Assembly: GCA_043818275.1 (NCBI GenBank)
Contig: JBDRFY010000050.1
Location: 5,387 to 69,386, forward strand
Direction of reading: 5' to 3'
Length of the DNA: 64,000 nt
DNA from: a bacterium
Lineage (GTDB): Bacteria > Babelota > Babeliae > Babelales > JAUWHS01
Below the pieces are notes generated by a model, which was not told where the DNA came from, did no database searches, and saw only the letters and a list, made by a program, of their open reading frames with translations. Positions within the stretch are counted from its first letter, which is position 1. Every line of letters begins with the position of its first letter. The translations under genes and the position numbers were made by a program. Positions 8,666 to 17,901 of the stretch are shown piece after piece.

Positions 8666-10846
8666 TTATGCCGGATTATAATCAACAAATCCCAATGTAT
8701 CGACAAGAGCTCCGGATAAAACATAAGCATCCAAATTATTTTGAGAATTAATTCCATCACCAAAAGTTATGGCCGAACCGGTATTAAGATTAGAATTTGG
8801 TATACCGCCATCTAAATTAATTAAATTAACATTATTATTCATAATTAATTTACCTTTTGTCAGCAAAACACCATTTGTATCAGCGGGAGCAGAAAATGTT
8901 GAACCATTTAAATAAATACTCGATACTTCATCTTTCATTTCAATTAAATTTCTATTTTTATTTCTAGGAGCAAAAGAAAATGTTGTATCAAGATCAAAAC
9001 AAAGACAAGCATGTGGGTTGATAATTAATGGTCTGTCTGATTCAAAAATAAATTTTGATGTTCCCGTAAAGGTAACATCATCGTAAACAAAAATTGTTCC
9101 CTGGGTAAATGTATAATTTCCGGACATTGCAATTTCAACATCCTTGAAAACTAACTGACTGTCAGGAGCAAGCATTACAAAGCTTGGATTAGTCAAAGTC
9201 TGAATATTTTTAATTTTCATATTTTTTAAAGTTACTGTAACACCACTATCAACTATTAAATGAGCATTATTATCAAAAACTAAAGTTCCGTTTCTACCAT
9301 CAAGAATCGTGTTACTTGTAAATTTAAGGCCTGCATTTGGATAAATACCAACATTACCGCCAAAAACAATCGCCTTATCATGTCCACTTATAGAACCACC
9401 AGATTTAAAATATGAACTTGAAGAAAGTTTTAAATCTGCCTGCAAAATCATTGTTCCACCATTCAAATCAATAGGAGAAGCAACAGCCACATGAATACCA
9501 ATATAAATTAACGCATCATTATCAAGAGTGATTCCTCTCATCTTACAATAATCGGCAACCTCACTTGCTCCATAATCAAAAACAAAATCTTCGGCAAATT
9601 TTCTAAAATCTGGCAATTCAGTAAAATAATTTTCCCCGGATCTTATTGCGCCACCAACCATTCTATACCAGTCATCCCGAATAGAATCATGCATCCATAC
9701 TTCACCATAATATCCGGCCTCAAGAAAATCAATTGTAACTTTTTGAGGTCTTAAAATATATTCTTTGCCTCCCACTCCATCATCAAGAATTACCATTCTG
9801 TTTGCATTGTAAAGAGTCCCATAAAGATCATAAATGGTTTGTGGCAAATATGGTTCATTAACATTTGCCCAAATTGACCCTTCTTCTCCAACAGAAATAT
9901 TACCTAAATAATTTGAAGTTAATGTCATAACCTGAGATGTTAAACGATCAACAGCTTTTAAATCTATTTTTTCCCATGTATCCAAATCAGGATTCCATTT
10001 AACCAGGCTTCTGTCTGTTCCTGTTCCGGTTGCAGTTGTATCGGTTGAGCGAATTCCAAAAACTAAACCATCACCACCAACAGATAAAGACTGTTGTACC
10101 AAATGTTCATCAAGTGTATTTGGATACCAACTACCCTTTGACTGATCATTCCATCTCAAACCATTCCATTGGTAAACTTTGGGATTTAGTGAACCATCGT
10201 GACCAATTGCCCAAACATGATCTCTGTGTCCAATCGCAATTCGCCAAAAACGGGTAAAATCTGATGTTGGACTTGGCATAACTTCCCAGGATAAAGTTAA
10301 TCTGTTCCACTTATATGAAACACCAGAGCTATCAATCCCCCACAAAGATCCATCTTTACCGGCAGAAATTTTATACATACCGTTAGTTACAAGCTTCCAT
10401 GGAAAATCTTGTCCGGGAATTTGTGTATAACCATTTACATCATAAATATATAAAAGATTATTTTTTACTCCCCAAATTTCAGACGCTCCACCAATCGCAA
10501 CCTGCTCAATCCCTGTATCAGTTGCAACATTGTCATAAAAAAGAAATCCCGTTTCTGCCAGAGAACCCAAAGCCTGTTTTGCTTCATAAATAAATTCTTC
10601 ATGAACATTTCCGCCAGAATCATCTGTAAAATAATCATAATCATCCTTTGCCTCTTCCGATGATCCGTTAGCAATTGAGGCGTTACTCCATCCATACAAA
10701 TTTGAAGATGTGGGAATATTAACTTTTGAAGAAGTATCGCTTAAAACAAAACTTGAATTGGTTTGAGAAAATTGAATTTTTCCATTAACAAAAAAATTAA
10801 AAATAAATAATCCTAAAAAGATTATTTTTAATTTTATTTTAATCAT
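8666..10846 (-). CDS. Secreted large (L-type) protein 1: tectonin-like six-blade propeller + beta-solenoid-like C-module; function unknown
   Basis: Signal peptide. Six W/G blade motifs (VAIGGASEIWGV, ISAGKDGSLWGI, IAIGHRDHVWAI, LSVGGDGLVFGI, ISVGEEGSIWAN, AGYYGEVWMH). C-module: LNGGTMILQADLKLSSSS, ILDGRNGTLVFDNNAHLIVDSGVTVTLKNMKI, MSGNYTFTQGTIFVYDDVTFTGTSKFIFES. Ends in DYNPA. Confidence 0.85.
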   Translation of the reverse strand: MIKIKLKIIFLGLFIFNFFVNGKIQFSQTNSSFVLSDTSSKVNIPTSSNLYGWSNASIANGSSEEAKDDYDYFTDDSGGNVHEEFIYEAKQALGSLAETGFLFYDNVATDTGIEQVAIGGASEIWGVKNNLLYIYDVNGYTQIPGQDFPWKLVTNGMYKISAGKDGSLWGIDSSGVSYKWNRLTLSWEVMPSPTSDFTRFWRIAIGHRDHVWAIGHDGSLNPKVYQWNGLRWNDQSKGSWYPNTLDEHLVQQSLSVGGDGLVFGIRSTDTTATGTGTDRSLVKWNPDLDTWEKIDLKAVDRLTSQVMTLTSNYLGNISVGEEGSIWANVNEPYLPQTIYDLYGTLYNANRMVILDDGVGGKEYILRPQKVTIDFLEAGYYGEVWMHDSIRDDWYRMVGGAIRSGENYFTELPDFRKFAEDFVFDYGASEVADYCKMRGITLDNDALIYIGIHVAVASPIDLNGGTMILQADLKLSSSSYFKSGGSISGHDKAIVFGGNVGIYPNAGLKFTSNTILDGRNGTLVFDNNAHLIVDSGVTVTLKNMKIKNIQTLTNPSFVMLAPDSQLVFKDVEIAMSGNYTFTQGTIFVYDDVTFTGTSKFIFESDRPLIINPHACLCFDLDTTFSFAPRNKNRNLIEMKDEVSSIYLNGSTFSAPADTNGVLLTKGKLIMNNNVNLINLDGGIPNSNLNTGSAITFGDGINSQNNLDAYVLSGALVDTLGFVDYNPA

Positions 10847-10875
10847 TACCCACCTTATTTTTTTATTTTTAAAAA

Positions 10876-12144
10876 TTAATCGGTATTACAGCCATATATT
10901 CTTCCATATGTTTCTATTTTGCATCCCGATAAAATTTCCATATCAATATCATTTCTTGGATCTGAACCATCACCCCACTGGATTACAGGATAATAAGGAA
11001 CATTTGGAAAAGGAAACAGAGAAAATGTCCATGTATCTGGAATACTTCCATCATTTTTCAGGCATTCCAAAATAACTCTGTTATTAAAAATAACTGTCCC
11101 TTTAGTCAACACAATTCCACCAACATCTTTTAGAACTCCCAGAGCGGGCCACTCATTTCCAGCGGCTGGATAACTTAAATAAAGTTGAATTGTATCTACA
11201 GGAATCTGAACTCTACAATTATTAAAAAATAAGCGGGAAGACCTGTCTGCCATCACCAATTTTTTTTGGGACAAATCCATAATCCAAAGACTACCCAGCC
11301 ACAAATATTCACATGGCTGATGATATTTAAAAATTGTTCCAACATCCATCATAAAAGTTGAATTAGGCGCAATTTGCATCACGCCCTGGAAATATGGATA
11401 TAAATTAGGATGTTTCCAATATGTTGCAAATGCAAACATTTTATTTTCACCACGAACTCTTACATCGTTGTAAATATAAAGACTTCCATAATCAAAAGAA
11501 TAAGTATCACTTAAATCTAAAATCACATCATCTAAAGAAATTTTCGATGTATTGGACTGAGTCGCTATTCCTCCTCCATTTATATAAGCAGCCCCACCCT
11601 TTAGATTTTTTACAACTGCATTTTTTATCATAAAATTATTAGAACCAATAATAATTAATTGAGCCGCGTCTTCCAAATATAATTCGTTTCCCTGCATATC
11701 AATTGTTATATCATTTAATAATCTAATTTTTCTGTTTGCAGGAATTGTTAAATTTCCATGACAAATTATACTGTTACCATTTCCTTTAATATAAACTGTA
11801 GAGCCCGCAGCAGCACCAATTTGCAAATCAACTGAAGAACCGATATGTAAATCAGAAAGTAGACCAATCTGAGCACCAGAATCCAATCTAATTGAACCAT
11901 TTCTAATTGGACACGCAAGACCAAGATTTACAGTACAAGTTGGGTCAACATGCAAACCATATTGATAATCAACCATTCCCCAAACATCATAAGTTCCACC
12001 ACCAGCTGTTGTGTATTGCTCTTCTGAACCCAATGCATAAACGGTATTACTTCCTATTGCGTTAGAAGTGTTTAAGGCATCAAGAGAATAAAAAAGAATT
12101 AATAAATTTATTAAAAACAACAAAACAAATTTATTTTTTATCAT
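10876..12144 (-). CDS. Secreted small (S-type) protein 1: beta-solenoid-like module only; function unknown
   Basis: Signal peptide followed by conserved LNTSNAIGSNTVYAL. IRNGSIRLDSGAQIGLLSDLHIGSS, ITIDMQGNELYLEDAAQLII and SDTYSFDYGSLYIYNDVRVRG are colinear with the L-type C-module. Confidence 0.85.
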   Translation of the reverse strand: MIKNKFVLLFLINLLILFYSLDALNTSNAIGSNTVYALGSEEQYTTAGGGTYDVWGMVDYQYGLHVDPTCTVNLGLACPIRNGSIRLDSGAQIGLLSDLHIGSSVDLQIGAAAGSTVYIKGNGNSIICHGNLTIPANRKIRLLNDITIDMQGNELYLEDAAQLIIIGSNNFMIKNAVVKNLKGGAAYINGGGIATQSNTSKISLDDVILDLSDTYSFDYGSLYIYNDVRVRGENKMFAFATYWKHPNLYPYFQGVMQIAPNSTFMMDVGTIFKYHQPCEYLWLGSLWIMDLSQKKLVMADRSSRLFFNNCRVQIPVDTIQLYLSYPAAGNEWPALGVLKDVGGIVLTKGTVIFNNRVILECLKNDGSIPDTWTFSLFPFPNVPYYPVIQWGDGSDPRNDIDMEILSGCKIETYGRIYGCNTD

Positions 12145-12176
12145 AACTACTCACCTTTATTAATCTTAATGTTCCT

Positions 12177-12332
12177 CCCCGCTCGTCCTGAGCGAAGTCG
12201 AAGGATATCGAGCGACAAGCTAAAAACAACCAATTATTTAATGTAGAATTAAACTTTATATTGTTCATTTCAATAATTTTATTTCATTTAGTTTACCGCT
12301 CGTAATCCTTCGACTACGCTCAGGACGAGCGG
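12177..12332. repeat. GC-rich inverted-repeat element (family A) in the only long intergenic gap of the array
   Basis: Left copy ccccgctcgtcctgagcgaagtcgaaggatatcgagcg (12177..12214). Right copy ccgctcgtaatccttcgactacgctcaggacgagcgg (12296..12332) is its near reverse complement. An AT-rich spacer of about 80 nt separates them. Confidence 0.8.
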
Positions 12333-12423
12333 ATAGAGTTAATATTCTATGAATAAAGATACATTATGGCATAACATCAACTCACAAAATAATATCTCTA
12401 TAACTTTCAAATAATCAACCCTA

Positions 12424-14541
12424 TTAATTTGGATTGTAATCCAAATACCCTGCAATGTTCACCATAGCGCCCGAAAGCACTTTGGTATCAACACTGTTTT
12501 CTGCTGCACCATCTCCCAAAGTTATTGCTTTATTTATATCGGTATTTGGAATTCCATTATTTAAATTTTTCAGATTAACGTAATTGTCAAAAACCATAGT
12601 TCCTTTTGTAAGCAATATTCCATTGTAAGTTCCATTAGCAGGAGCAGCAAAAGTAGATTGATCCAAATATAAAACAGATGTCGCGTCGCTTAATTTAAAT
12701 AAATCTCTCGCTCCAGAATTTGGAACATAGGACAATGTTGTACCCAAATCAAAATAAATAGTTGAATGTGGATTAATAAACCACGGCATATTTGATTCAT
12801 AAATAAGTTTTGAAGTACCTGTTATTTTTAAATCATCATCTAAAAATAAAACCCCTTGAGTAAATGTATAATCTCCGGAAAGTTCAATCTCAACATTTTG
12901 AAAAGATAAAAAACTATTTTCAGACATTTCAATAACTGAATTGGCTGCATCCTGCAAACCTTTAAGAACTAAATTTCTTAATGATAATGTGACACCATTA
13001 TCAATTTTTAATTTCGCGTTTTTATGCAAAGTTAAAGCGGCTCCTAAACCATCAATTACTGTTGTATCTGTAAATTGTAAACTTTGATTTTCATAAAGAG
13101 ACAAATCATTTCCCAGAAAAATTGCATACCCAGAACCTGCAATTTTTCCGCCGGTCATAATGTAAGTTGTTGAAGAAAAATAAAGATCCGATTGCAATTG
13201 CATTGTTCCACCATTAAGTGACAATGGAGATTCTAATGCTTCAGGAGCTACCCAAATTGTTTCCGGATCTTCTAATGTTGTATCAGAATTTGTAGTAAAA
13301 CCTTCTTCTTCGTGATAACCAGAAGGAACAGATCTTAATCCTGTCATAGAAGTTATGTTTGGCATTTGAGCCAAATAATTAATAACAGAACGAATAACTC
13401 CACCAACCAATCTATACCAATAACTTAGGTAAGGATCAAAACACCATGCATCACCATAATAACCCATCTCAGTCAATGACGTTTCTTTTCTAACCTCAGT
13501 CAAAATTGCCGAGTAAGGAGCTGTTTTGGAAAGTTTTTCCAGTTTATAAAAAATAGGATAAGGCGAACCACCTGGTGTAATAATTATTCCAATATTATCT
13601 CTACGTCCAACAGAAATATTATCTATTGTGTGACCTGATAATCCTAAAGATACTTCATTCCAGGCTTCTGTTGTCCGGTCCCAAATTACTAATTTATCTC
13701 CCCCTGCATCACCATGAACACCTAAAATAATTATATCAATTAACCCATCTCCACCAACTGAAATTGATTTATCCGGATACAAAGCGCCCACACTTCTGTC
13801 TATCCACTGATTTGATTCATTGTGCCAATTATAAACATAATAAGTTGGACCACCATAATTTACCCCGAGTGCCCAAATATGATTTTTATCACAAACAGAC
13901 AAATCAAAAAAATCATTAATTGCCCCGGGGACAGGTTTTGCTATCCATGTTAAATTTTTGTCATCCCAGGCGTAAGGAGCTCCCGAAGTCAAACCACCAT
14001 AAGCTCCGCCAATTCCCCAGACAGTATTTTCTCTTCCCGCGGAAAGTAATAAAGGCGCGTCTCCTTTTTCATGCCATGGAAATTTTTGATCTTCAATCTG
14101 AGTTTCACCATCAATATCAATAAAATAAAATTTACTACCCTTTATTGCCCAAACATTTGCCGCCGAGCCAACACTAATTTGACTTACATCTCCACCCCAG
14201 GCTTTATCGTAATAAGGAATACCCGCCAAATTAAAAGAATTCAAATAAGACCTTGCTTCAAAAACATATTCTTTTTTTAACCTTAATGAATCAAGAGCAT
14301 TAAAAACAGTCTGATCTTTATAATTAACTATTCTGTCCGGTTCGGTAAATTCAACAAGTGTGCCACCTTTCCATCCAATTAAAGAACTTCCGTTTGCCAG
14401 ACAAAATTGCGATGTTGTGTCACTTAAAACCAAACTTGATGAAATATTTGAAAAAGGAGTTTTATATTCCTGCAACGCATTAAGTGAAAAAAATGAGATC
14501 AGACTTAACGCAAAAAGATTTATTTGAAATATTCCTTTCAT
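12424..14541 (-). CDS. Secreted large (L-type) protein 2: tectonin-like propeller + beta-solenoid-like C-module
   Basis: Signal peptide. Blades ISVGSAANVWAI, LSAGRENTVWGI, LSVCDKNHIWAL, ISVGGDGL, ISVGRRDNIGII, MGYYGDAWCF. C-module LNGGTMQLQSDLYFSSTT, LSGDYTFTQGVLFLDDDLKITGTSKLIYES. Ends in DYNPN. Confidence 0.85.
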   Translation of the reverse strand: MKGIFQINLFALSLISFFSLNALQEYKTPFSNISSSLVLSDTTSQFCLANGSSLIGWKGGTLVEFTEPDRIVNYKDQTVFNALDSLRLKKEYVFEARSYLNSFNLAGIPYYDKAWGGDVSQISVGSAANVWAIKGSKFYFIDIDGETQIEDQKFPWHEKGDAPLLLSAGRENTVWGIGGAYGGLTSGAPYAWDDKNLTWIAKPVPGAINDFFDLSVCDKNHIWALGVNYGGPTYYVYNWHNESNQWIDRSVGALYPDKSISVGGDGLIDIIILGVHGDAGGDKLVIWDRTTEAWNEVSLGLSGHTIDNISVGRRDNIGIIITPGGSPYPIFYKLEKLSKTAPYSAILTEVRKETSLTEMGYYGDAWCFDPYLSYWYRLVGGVIRSVINYLAQMPNITSMTGLRSVPSGYHEEEGFTTNSDTTLEDPETIWVAPEALESPLSLNGGTMQLQSDLYFSSTTYIMTGGKIAGSGYAIFLGNDLSLYENQSLQFTDTTVIDGLGAALTLHKNAKLKIDNGVTLSLRNLVLKGLQDAANSVIEMSENSFLSFQNVEIELSGDYTFTQGVLFLDDDLKITGTSKLIYESNMPWFINPHSTIYFDLGTTLSYVPNSGARDLFKLSDATSVLYLDQSTFAAPANGTYNGILLTKGTMVFDNYVNLKNLNNGIPNTDINKAITLGDGAAENSVDTKVLSGAMVNIAGYLDYNPN

Positions 14542-14585
14542 CCTTGCGCCCCTTTTTATAAAAATTTATTGGGCAAATTTTTTAT

Positions 14586-15716
14586 TTACACAAAATTTGC
14601 TTTTGTTACAACCAAGCTTCCAAAGATTTCTACTCTTACATCAGATAAAGCTTTTAAATTTAAATTAACCATGCCGCTTGTATCCTGAACATTTCCCCAA
14701 ATTATTCCTTTTTGAGGATCATTATTAACATAACCACAAGTATAATTGCTAAAGGTGACTTTATTTTCCAAAATTAAAGATCCATTTTTTAAAAATAATC
14801 CTGAATAATTTGTTAGATCAGAAGGAACACTCAAAACAGCATCACTTAATCTAAGAACAGACGATGTATCTTTGAAAATTAAATTTTCTCTACATTGTGT
14901 AGTAACTGAAGAGCAATAGTCATACTCAAATATTGAATTTCTTTCAAAATTCAACCAGGATTCATTAGCGATTACAATTGGTTTTTGATTTGGATAATCA
15001 TAAATAGACGACCTTTTAAACTTAAATCCATCACCCCAAACCCAGACATCATCATGAATAAATAACCAGCCCTGATCCAAATCATAATCATTTTGCAAAT
15101 CAATAATCACATTTTGCAGGCAAAGCGCTGAACTGTTATCAACAAAACTAATTCCACCTACACCACTCGCATTACCATATAAACCGGTTAGTATCATATT
15201 TCTTAAAGTTAAAGTAACTCCACTATCAACAATTAATTGTGAGCCTGATCCAATATTTAAATAATTTCCTTTACAATCAATTATTGCATTGCTTTCAATA
15301 AATTTTAAATTTCTGTTATCCGGAATATTAAGTCCATTATCACACAGAAGAACTCCTTCATTTCCAATAAAATAAGCGGTATCACCCCCTGATGTACCAA
15401 TAGTAAATTTTAATGTTGAACCAATATCCAAATCTGTTAATAATTCCAAAACTGAACCATCTGAAAGTTTTATTTCTCCGCCTTTAATTGGGGACGCAAG
15501 ACCCAAACCCAAAGTAACAGAAGAGTTAACACTAAAACCATCCTGATATGTGACAAAACCCCAAACATCATTTGAAGCGCTATAAACTTCTTGTGGTGTT
15601 AAAGCATACACAGTATTACTTCCACGGGCATTTGAAGTATTTAAAGAAAATAAATTAAAAGAAAAAATAAAACATAAAACAAAAAAACTTAAAAAAAATT
15701 TATTAAGCTGGATCAT
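14586..15716 (-). CDS. Secreted small (S-type) protein 2
   Basis: Signal peptide + LNTSNARGSNTVYAL. IKGGEIKLSDGSVLELLTDLDIGST, IIDCKGNYLNIGSGSQLIVDSGVTLTLRNMIL. Its ATG lies inside the last 14 nt of the upstream L gene. Confidence 0.85.
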   Translation of the reverse strand: MIQLNKFFLSFFVLCFIFSFNLFSLNTSNARGSNTVYALTPQEVYSASNDVWGFVTYQDGFSVNSSVTLGLGLASPIKGGEIKLSDGSVLELLTDLDIGSTLKFTIGTSGGDTAYFIGNEGVLLCDNGLNIPDNRNLKFIESNAIIDCKGNYLNIGSGSQLIVDSGVTLTLRNMILTGLYGNASGVGGISFVDNSSALCLQNVIIDLQNDYDLDQGWLFIHDDVWVWGDGFKFKRSSIYDYPNQKPIVIANESWLNFERNSIFEYDYCSSVTTQCRENLIFKDTSSVLRLSDAVLSVPSDLTNYSGLFLKNGSLILENKVTFSNYTCGYVNNDPQKGIIWGNVQDTSGMVNLNLKALSDVRVEIFGSLVVTKANFV

Positions 15717-17868
15717 AATTTAAATATCCTTCTATTTCAACAAAAGCCCCTGAAAGAACTTTTGTATCAACATTATTTGAATCGGTTGCGCCATCTCCCA
15801 AAGTAATTGCTTTATTTATATCCGCATTAGGAGTAGTTCCATTTAAATTTTTTAATACAACTTTATTATCAAAAATTAATTTGCCTGCGGTTAATTGAAT
15901 ACCATTATGAACGGCATTACATGGAGCAGAAAAAATACATCCGTTCAAATAAATATTCGAAGATGCGTCAGACATTTGCAATAAAGTTCTGCTTCCATTT
16001 GTCGGAACATAAGAAAATGTTGTTCCCAAATCAAAATAAAAAGTTGCAAAACGATTAATGTTAGATTGTTCTTTAGATTCATAAATAAATTTACTCGTTC
16101 CTGTTATTATTACATCATCATCTATAAGTAATCCACCCTGAGTAAATGTATAATCTCCTGAAAGAGCAACTTCTATATCCTGCAAACCCAACTTACTTGT
16201 TGAATCCAACATCACAATTCCAGGATTCACGCCACTTTTTAAATTTCTTAATTCCAGATTTCTTAAACTTAAAGTTGACAACCTATCAATAATTAACTGT
16301 GCGTTATCTTCAAGAATTAAAGAATGGCCTTTTCCATCTATAATTGTTGATGAAGTAAATCTTAATGATTCACCTGAAGGAATTGTTAAATTTCCACCAA
16401 GTTTTATTGCTCCACCTCTTCCATCGATTCTACCACCGGTATAAAGTCTGGTTGTTGAAGACCACAAAAGATCACCATCCAAAATCAAAGTTCCACCATT
16501 TAAACTAATCGGAGAATTTATACTTGTACCAGGTCCTGTGGTAATTATAGAATCAGGATCCAAATCCAAACCTTTCGTACTTACAAGACCATTAATTTCA
16601 TATTCCCCACTCAAAACGCTTAAAATAAATTCTAAAAATAATGAATCTGGTAAATCTGCAATGAAATTTGCAAGTGATCTGATGTTTCCACCAATTAATC
16701 TATAACATTTTTCTGTTCTTGGATTTTTAAACCAGATATCGCCGTAATAGCCAACTTCAGGATCTATAAGATTATCTTTGATCCAAATTAAATTTGCAGT
16801 AAACGGTGGTGCGTTATTTATGTCTTTTAATTTATAACCTTTATATAAATGAGAAACACTTCCATCAACTTCTATCTTTTGAAGATCAACAATAATACCA
16901 ACCATATCGTAATTCGGACTAACAATTTGAACAATTTTATAATTATCAAATTCTAAAAACTCTGATGGAATAGGAATGGATACAGTCTTCCAGGTACTAT
17001 CATTAATATCATATCTGACAATTCCATTATTCAATATTCCCCAGGCTATATGATCTGCGCCAATATCCATAATTTGTCCATAACCTGTTGGTGAAGATCC
17101 GGCCGAAGCATCTATCCAGGAAGCCGATTCTTCATTCCATCTATAAGGTTTTGTTGTTGTTGGACTGGTAATCGAAGTTGCCCAAATCTCATATTTGTCT
17201 CCAACAAAAACTCTCTCAAAATTGGTAAAGCCTGTAATTCCTGTTGGAGCAAGTTCATTCCAGGTTTCATTTTCAAAATCATATCTATAAATTCTTCCCG
17301 CTGTAAAACCTGGTTGCGTTGTTCCGGCAACACCGCATAAAATTCCACTTCTGCCGCGCGCAATGTTTTTTAATGGGGCCGCTCCTTTATCATGCCAAGG
17401 AAAAACTGCAATCGGCGCAATTGCAAAACAATTTTTGTCTATTTCATAATAATGACTGTCAGTATCAATTAATGACATCTGGTTAATTCCGCCAATCGCA
17501 TAACTTATTGGAGCTTCAACACCCTGCAAGCGTGTAAAAAAGAAACTTCCTGTTGTGTTCATACAATTTAATCCATCCTCCACTCCGTAAATTAAATCCG
17601 GATCAATACCTGTATAATCAACCCGGGGAGGATATGAATCATCTGTTACAACTCCTCTAAATTCATAAATTGGATCCCGTAGTCCAACAACAGATAAATT
17701 TTTCCATCCAATTAAATGAGAACCAACACAATGTCTTAAAATTGCTTTTTCAGTTAAACCCAAAGCCGCATCAACATTAGAAAAGCAAACTCGTGCATAA
17801 AGAGAATTATTAAAAATTGTTAAAACAAAGCCAAGAAGAAGCAGATAAAAAAATGTTTTAATCTTCAC
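15703..17868 (-). CDS. Secreted large (L-type) protein 3: tectonin-like propeller + beta-solenoid-like C-module
   Basis: Signal peptide. Blades YAIGGINQMSLI, IARGRSGILCGV, VFVGDKYEIWAT, MDIGADHIAWGI, VGYYGDIWFK. C-module LNGGTLILDGDLLWSSTT, IIDGKGHSLILEDNAQLIIDRLSTLSLRNLEL, LSGDYTFTQGGLLIDDDVIITGTSKFIYES. Ends in NYDPA. Confidence 0.85.
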   Translation of the reverse strand: MKIKTFFYLLLLGFVLTIFNNSLYARVCFSNVDAALGLTEKAILRHCVGSHLIGWKNLSVVGLRDPIYEFRGVVTDDSYPPRVDYTGIDPDLIYGVEDGLNCMNTTGSFFFTRLQGVEAPISYAIGGINQMSLIDTDSHYYEIDKNCFAIAPIAVFPWHDKGAAPLKNIARGRSGILCGVAGTTQPGFTAGRIYRYDFENETWNELAPTGITGFTNFERVFVGDKYEIWATSITSPTTTKPYRWNEESASWIDASAGSSPTGYGQIMDIGADHIAWGILNNGIVRYDINDSTWKTVSIPIPSEFLEFDNYKIVQIVSPNYDMVGIIVDLQKIEVDGSVSHLYKGYKLKDINNAPPFTANLIWIKDNLIDPEVGYYGDIWFKNPRTEKCYRLIGGNIRSLANFIADLPDSLFLEFILSVLSGEYEINGLVSTKGLDLDPDSIITTGPGTSINSPISLNGGTLILDGDLLWSSTTRLYTGGRIDGRGGAIKLGGNLTIPSGESLRFTSSTIIDGKGHSLILEDNAQLIIDRLSTLSLRNLELRNLKSGVNPGIVMLDSTSKLGLQDIEVALSGDYTFTQGGLLIDDDVIITGTSKFIYESKEQSNINRFATFYFDLGTTFSYVPTNGSRTLLQMSDASSNIYLNGCIFSAPCNAVHNGIQLTAGKLIFDNKVVLKNLNGTTPNADINKAITLGDGATDSNNVDTKVLSGAFVEIEGYLNYDPA

Positions 17869-17901
17869 TCTCTTCCCCCTTTTTAAAAAGGTATTTCTAT
17901 A

